A stretch of 64,000 bases of DNA from Chrysomallon squamiferum (lineage: Eukaryota; Animalia; Mollusca). The notes under the pieces were generated by a model that ran no database searches, was not told the origin of the DNA, and saw only the letters and a program-made list of their open reading frames with translations. Positions within the stretch are counted from its first letter, which is position 1. Every line of letters starts with the position of its first letter. Positions 55,356-64,000 of this stretch are shown piece after piece. The DNA is taken from assembly GCA_012295275.1 (NCBI GenBank), contig CM022672.1, forward strand, positions 21,514,001-21,578,000. The letters are read 5' to 3'. A program made the translations under genes and the position numbers.

Positions 55356-58100
55356 CGCGACTATTCTGTCAAATGTTTTGATATATTATTATAGTGAATG
55401 AAGCTCAAAGTAACAGCAAAAAGGTGGATCAAGCATCTGTTAGGATTTATTGCTTCTGAAATGATCGCTAAGCCATAAGTAATTATCTCGTATCATTGGT
55501 TCAAACAACTGCTGTAATAAATAATGATAAACTTCAGTGCAAATTTCTGAATCAGCAGGCGTTTAAAGAAATTTGTCTTTGACTGGTATTTACTAGAATT
55601 ATATTTATATAATGCATCAGCTGATGTTATATTTCGAGGTGAGTAACATTAGTTGTGCCAGTTTAGGTAAGATATGTAAGTTTTGGGAATGGCTATACGA
55701 CACGCACACTGTTTATAACACATTTGTTTGTTGTATAACAAGAACATTTTAAACAGTTTTTCTTGATTTTTGAGCCGACCAAAATGTGTTAGATCTGGTA
55801 AAACATTTATACAACTCATCCATAACTTTCATCAAATCTGATACAGAGCTAATACTAATCACCCCAGAAAAGACTACAAGTGTGGACATGTGATTCATAC
55901 AGAATATTCTAACCTATTTTCACACATGCTATGCTCTAATGGTGGTCCTAGGGGTAATACTATTTTAATGTGTCTGAAATTGCAATGAAAACGAATTGAC
56001 CTATAGGAGGGGTACATTTAAACACATTTGTACAAAATACTGATTTGATTCTACATGTATTCTAAATCCAATCCACAGACTTATGCCTTTTTTCTTTTTT
56101 TTTTTCAGTAGGTCTAGTGGCCTTGCCCTTCTTCGTTTGGCTTTATTCCAAGGCTGCAGCAGCAACTGCATTTCGAATAGGCGTATCAGTCATTTTCCTG
56201 GAACTGTCTTTCTTACATCACCGGTTGAAGTTGATGGTAAGACAGAAGATTATCAACGGGTGGAAAAACCCAGATATCCTTATTGTTCCTGAATTTGTTG
56301 ATCGACAGAATATCGTAGATAGATAGTGTCCCTCCGGTATGTGAACACATCCAAGTATCCACCGCTGTGTTGTAAGCATGCATGAAGGGGCAGTAGATCG
56401 GCTGCAGGCGATGAGATGTGTGGAGCCAGTGTAGAAAGGATTAAAATATCAGAAACATTGTGTCATGGTGAACAGACGTAGTTAACTGGATTTTTCATCA
56501 GCATCTGTAACCTTAGACGAAACTACCTCCTAGTTAATCATAACGCCGGTATTATTATTTACAACAACACCGATAAAGTGCCCTTAATTCAGTTTGTATA
56601 ACTGAGAACAACTTTAGACACCCAAATTCATACTTTTCGACAGAACACCTTTTTTTTTTTTTTTTTAGAAAAATTTTTAAAAATTTTTAATCAATTTTTT
56701 CAGACAAAATCAGACTATATCCATACAAAATGTATCCATACAACAGGCAAGGAAGAAGACGAAGAAATCACGACTGCAACAAAACCCCTGTCAGATTTCC
56801 TTTAAACGAGACAAATATAAATAGACATCCATTTATTATTATTATTATTATTATTATTACTCCACTATGTACGTATGTACAAAGTTTAATAATATACTAT
56901 GTATGAATTATCTAGAACTCAATGTATATATCATATTTTAATCAGGACAAAAATTTTCGTTCGAAATTTTCAAACGTCATTTTGTTTGTCCTAAATTCTT
57001 TTCATAAAAAATCAACTAGAGAGAGAGAGAGAGAGAGAAACATTGCAAGGGAAGGAATCAAGATGACAGAAGATTTATTTTGTCTTGATTCAAAGTTAAT
57101 GGCCTTTCGTCATCTTGACATGAATTTATGTATTTAGGACTGAAATAAATAAATAATTAAATAGACAGACAATAGACAAAGACAGTCAAATCTCACAAAA
57201 TCTCCAGAAGAAAAAATGGGCGGTTTATAGAAAGACGTCAAGCAAAAATAATATATGTATGTATTATGTAAATGAATGTATGTATGTATGAATGTATGTA
57301 TGTATATATGATAGCACACATATACTTTCCAAAGTAATTTGTTTTCGTTCTGATTAATTTTTTGTTCCCTTCTTTCTTACTCAGACATTTTCAAACAAAT
57401 TCCCAGACACATACAATGGGAAGGAATCAAGATGACAGAAGATGGTCTTGATACATACCTCACACACACTTAGCAAATAAACAAATAAATAAATAGACAG
57501 ATAGATAGATACATCGAAATCAGAAGAAAATATGGCGGTTTATGTAATTTCATAAAAAATACATATATAAATACACACACACATGGATATATAAATGATT
57601 ATTTTAACCCAAGATTATTAAGTACTAAATACATACCTGTCACTGTCAGGTTTCCTCAGAAATAGAATGAGTGTTTACTTACAATAAATAATTAGTTATA
57701 TTTCTTTTCACAACTCCATAGATTTGCTATATGTGTTAACTCTTTTATGGCATTGTTCGAAATCGAAATACATAGCGAAATGAATTTCATTGTCTTATAA
57801 GACCATTTCACGGTAAACTGAACAACACGCGACAGTTACGTAAAACGTTTAGATATATTATTAAAGTGAATGAAGCTGAAAGTAACATCAGAAAGGTGGG
57901 GCAAGCATTTGCTAGGAATTTATTGCTTCTGAAACGATCCTTGAGTGCTTTCTGGTATCACTGGTCCAAACTGCAGCTGTAACAGATCGTAGTTAACTTC
58001 AGTGCAAATTTGCGAATCAGCAGGCGTTTAAAGAAAATCGTGTTTGTTCTTCATAGAGTTGTACATGTTTATTCATCAACAAACATTACATTTCGAGATG
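55356..58100. repeat. Two diverged direct copies of a ~280-bp non-coding element (55356-55640 and 57828-58100)
   Basis: Shared gatatattatta.agtgaatgaagct.aaagtaaca..aaaggtgg..aagcat..tttattgcttctgaaa..aacttcagtgcaaattt..gaatcagcaggcgtttaaagaaa..atttcgag; indels break any shared reading frame. Confidence 0.85.
56110..56480 (-). pseudogene. Degenerate pogo/Tigger-like (DDE_1) transposase fragment
   Basis: The minus strand reads LAPH/(frameshift)TSHRLQPIYCPFMHAYNTAVDTWMCSHTGGTLSIYDIL, matching the PPHTSHxLQPLD..F..AY..W...HPG..SIYD signature of DDE_1 transposases, with the catalytic Asp region deleted. Confidence 0.7.
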
Positions 58101-58158
58101 AATAAGATTACGTAAAATATCTGAAGAGCAGAAATAGAAATTTGGTCTGAATTTACAT

Positions 58159-58217
<59 letters not shown>

Positions 58218-58843
58218 ATAATAAAAAGAAGAAGAAGAAGAAGAACAACAACAACAACAGAAATTAAAAGAATAACAATTAAGAAAAATTAAGAAGAGTT
58301 ATTTCCCTTAAATGCTAGAAATAGTTATAAACGATAAATTGCTTTTTGCTTCTTTTGAGATTTCTTTAAATTCAATTACACTGTTAAAACAAAGGCTTCT
58401 AACATAAATGTTATGTCTTTAGTATCACATCTAAAAACGTGCCTTTAATCGATGGATAATAAATAATAGTGCACGAGTTTTTCAGTAAAATAGATAAACC
58501 GACAGGACTTTGGAAATAACAGAAGACAAAAAAAAAAAAATCAGTGATTTTAAATAACAGCTGTCGGAACGCGAGCCTTACAAAATTAAAAAGTGATTTG
58601 TAAATGAGGAAATTCGTGGCTCTTCTTCCCATTACATTATCCTTGTCGCGTTCTTTGGTGTCGTTGTTCATGTCTTGGAGCTGTTTTTATTTTCCGGTGC
58701 ATTTGCAGTTATAAATAAGATTTTCTTAAAATAATTAAAATGAAAGTGATTCCTTGTGGGGCTTCTCGACTTGTTTCTTCCTTCATTGACCAATATTGCA
58801 TCTAATCATTATGATGTTGTAATGTTTGTATGCTTGTGTGTGA

Positions 58844-58887
<44 letters not shown>

Positions 58888-59782
58888 TGGAGAGATGTAA
58901 TGAGAGAGAACGACAAAGTGAAAGATAGAAAAAGAGAAATAGAGATGTCTGCGTGTGAGAAAAAACAATACAAACGAGCGGTCTAATTTATAATCTGTTG
59001 ATATCTGTAATCACAGATTCCAAGTCAAAAAATTTCTGTATCCCATTCCTTGACCGATAGTAATACACAGAAATCAATAATTAAATCATAATACTTAATA
59101 TTATTTAACAAATTCATAATACTAATAAGGAACAAAGAATAAAGAAAAAGAAAACTATAAACTAAATGAACTCATGAACAGTAATGCATATTGTGATATA
59201 AACAATAACGTAAACAAATATATGCAAATACAAATGGGTAAGGGAATAGTTCTTTTCCTTTAGATTTATTATTTTATTAAAATTATATATGTATATTTAT
59301 AAGGCTGAGTGATAAAAACCAGTAAAAGAAAGAGAGAAAAGTTTAAAATAAATTTTTTTACTAGTTTTTTTTACTTGTTCACCCATTAATAATAACGACA
59401 ACAACAACAGGAATAATATTAATAATAATAGTAGTTAAACCCCTGTAAAGCATTTAAGAAGGCCTCAAAGGCACATCTTACAATCAAAAATAAAAACCAT
59501 TGATAAGAAAAATACAGTTAAAAAGGCCTCATAGATAACATTAAGAAGAAGAAGAAAAATAAATGTAATAAAAAAAATTAAAAAAAATTAAAATTACAAA
59601 AAAAAATTCGACCATAAATAACAGCAGCAAGAAAAGCGTCAAAGTAATGACAAGAGATAAACGACTTTAAATTTGTATTTAGCAGAATAATGAGTTAGGT
59701 CTCCATCCTTTTTTTTTCTCTCAGTGAAATTTAAATACAGAAATTACAATTTACACATGCAAAATTATCCCTCTGATTTCTC

Positions 59783-62229
<2,447 letters not shown>

Positions 62230-62393
62230 GATGCAGGACGATGTAATGCCGAACGAATGACTGTGTTACAGAGGAACTCCAGCTTAAATACGAAACGGCG
62301 TCTTTGTCAGATCAACGTTTAAAACTGTCCAGATGTTTCAGCTAGGATTGATTTTTGTCCTTTTGTCGAAATTAATGATTAATACAAAGTTCA

Positions 62394-62437
<44 letters not shown>

Positions 62438-62482
62438 GTATATATGTAATATGTATGTATTTAAGTATGTATGTATGATGTA

Positions 62483-62519
<37 letters not shown>

Positions 62520-62525
62520 GGAAAT

Positions 62526-62905
62526 ACGCACAAAATCAAACCCTCGCACAAACAAACAAGTGTGTATATATATATATATATGAAATGTGTGTATGTACTG
62601 CACTGCGCAAATACACATACTATTGCAGAAATTATATGAATGACGTTTGTATACGTATGTATATATATGTATGTGTGTGTATGTATGTATGTGTGTATGT
62701 ATGTGTATGTATATATAATGTATATATATGTATATATGTATGTATGTATGTATTTTTGTATACACGCACAAAATCAAACCCTCGCACACACAAACAAGTG
62801 TGTTCGTGTGTTTGCGTACGTGTATATATTGATATATATATAAAATATGTGTATGTACTGCACTGCGCAAATGCACATACTATTATGGAAATTATATGAA
62901 TGACG
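62526..62905. repeat. Two-copy tandem duplication interleaved with (TA)n/(TG)n upstream of paralog 4
   Basis: acgcacaaaatcaaaccctcgcaca..gtatgtactgcactgcgcaaat..gaaattatatgaatgacg at ~62526 and ~62764. Confidence 0.85.
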
Positions 62906-63342
62906 CTTATATATGTGTGTATATATGTATGTATGTATGTATGTGTGTGTGTGTATGTATGTATGTATGTTTTTTTGAAACATGCAAAAATTTATCAATA
63001 CTGTTTCTTTCCCATTATATTTCCTTTGATATAATAAGTTAATTAGAAAATCTATATATCCTTTGTGTACAGCCACAGTTGATGTTACAGATGGGCTATT
63101 GCAGACTTCTTCCGGCCAATGTCCTTCGATTAGTTTGAGAGAAGTTTCAGTTATGTAATAATTAACTATTCAAGTAAAAATTGTACTAGTGGGACTACAA
63201 GTACTATTACTATACACACACACAGACACATATAAGCAAACATGCACACACACGCACAGACACGCACACACATATGGTGTACCGATATTTCTTGCCGAAT
63301 ATTACTCCATGCTGTTAATACAATCATAAGGTTTACTATTAC

Positions 63343-63379
<37 letters not shown>

Positions 63380-64000
63380 GTATGTGTAATAGAACTAATG
63401 ATTGTATTAATATTACTTTGTGCTGTTAATACGATCATTAGTAAATATAAATGTGTATGTGTATGTGTGTGCGTGTGTGCATCTGTATTCATTATATATA
63501 TTCACCCCAACATTTCTCGCCGGGATATAAACATACATTTCTCAGGGAAAGAAAGCTGAGTCGTTCATTTCGCAGTTTCACCTGACGCAGTTATTAATCA
63601 AAGCATTCTTAATCGATATGTACTTGCGCTGGGAATAATGGTAAACAACATTGAAAGATTGAAGTAACAGATTGCTTCAACACCGCTTTCTACAGATCAG
63701 AATGACCCATGGCGTCAGAACATTTTATTGCTTTTATTAAAATAGTGATTACTGTTTGAAGATAAAAGTTTGTGGAAATAATGAAAAAAAAAAAAAAAAA
63801 AATCGTTAGGGTCAAGACAGTATCAGTAGTTATTTGTAAACAAACTATAATTGAAAAAGGTGTAAACGACAAGGGTTTATATTAACAACTACATTCTTCT
63901 TAATAATGATGATGATAATGATTATAATAATGATGATATTGTGATGACAGTGATGGTGATGAGATGATAATATCATTATTTACAACGACAATAACTGCTG

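Noticed and set aside
53700-59700. A fifth 10-Cys paralog between paralogs 3 and 4
   Set aside because: No signal-peptide exon or C-x-C-x6-CC exon found by eye on either strand; only a DDE_1 relic and non-coding duplications.

Overview
AT-rich, intron-containing animal genomic DNA; microsatellite content and decayed SINE-like relics suggest a mollusc or other lophotrochozoan (inference only). The left ~38.6 kb is a compact, CpG-depleted block of four genes in two head-to-head pairs: ELMOD3 (-) with MRPS18C (+), then an unannotated 16-exon gene (-) with HELQ (+). Hand-splicing the unannotated gene gives ~650 aa: an N-terminal polynucleotide-kinase-like P-loop domain, a catalytically degenerate HAD-IIIA phosphatase-like domain, an APLF/CYREN-type Ku-binding motif (RGLPKWML) and a CYREN/MRI-like segment (RTVYMMTEKELVESAVEFL). 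It is a candidate undescribed NHEJ end-processing factor and the best candidate novel system here. The right ~25 kb is CpG-richer and microsatellite-rich, and holds a tandem array of four 3-exon genes (-) for secreted 10-Cys proteins with a beta-microseminoprotein (PSP94)-like framework; one has a C-terminal extension with two furin-type sites. Also present: a dead Tc1 element, a TA-flanked MITE, a pogo/DDE_1 relic, minisatellites, fold-back repeats and decayed duplications of splice junctions in HELQ introns. All exon models were built by hand from GT-AG boundaries and frame continuity; no database searches were run, and reference motifs are quoted from memory.
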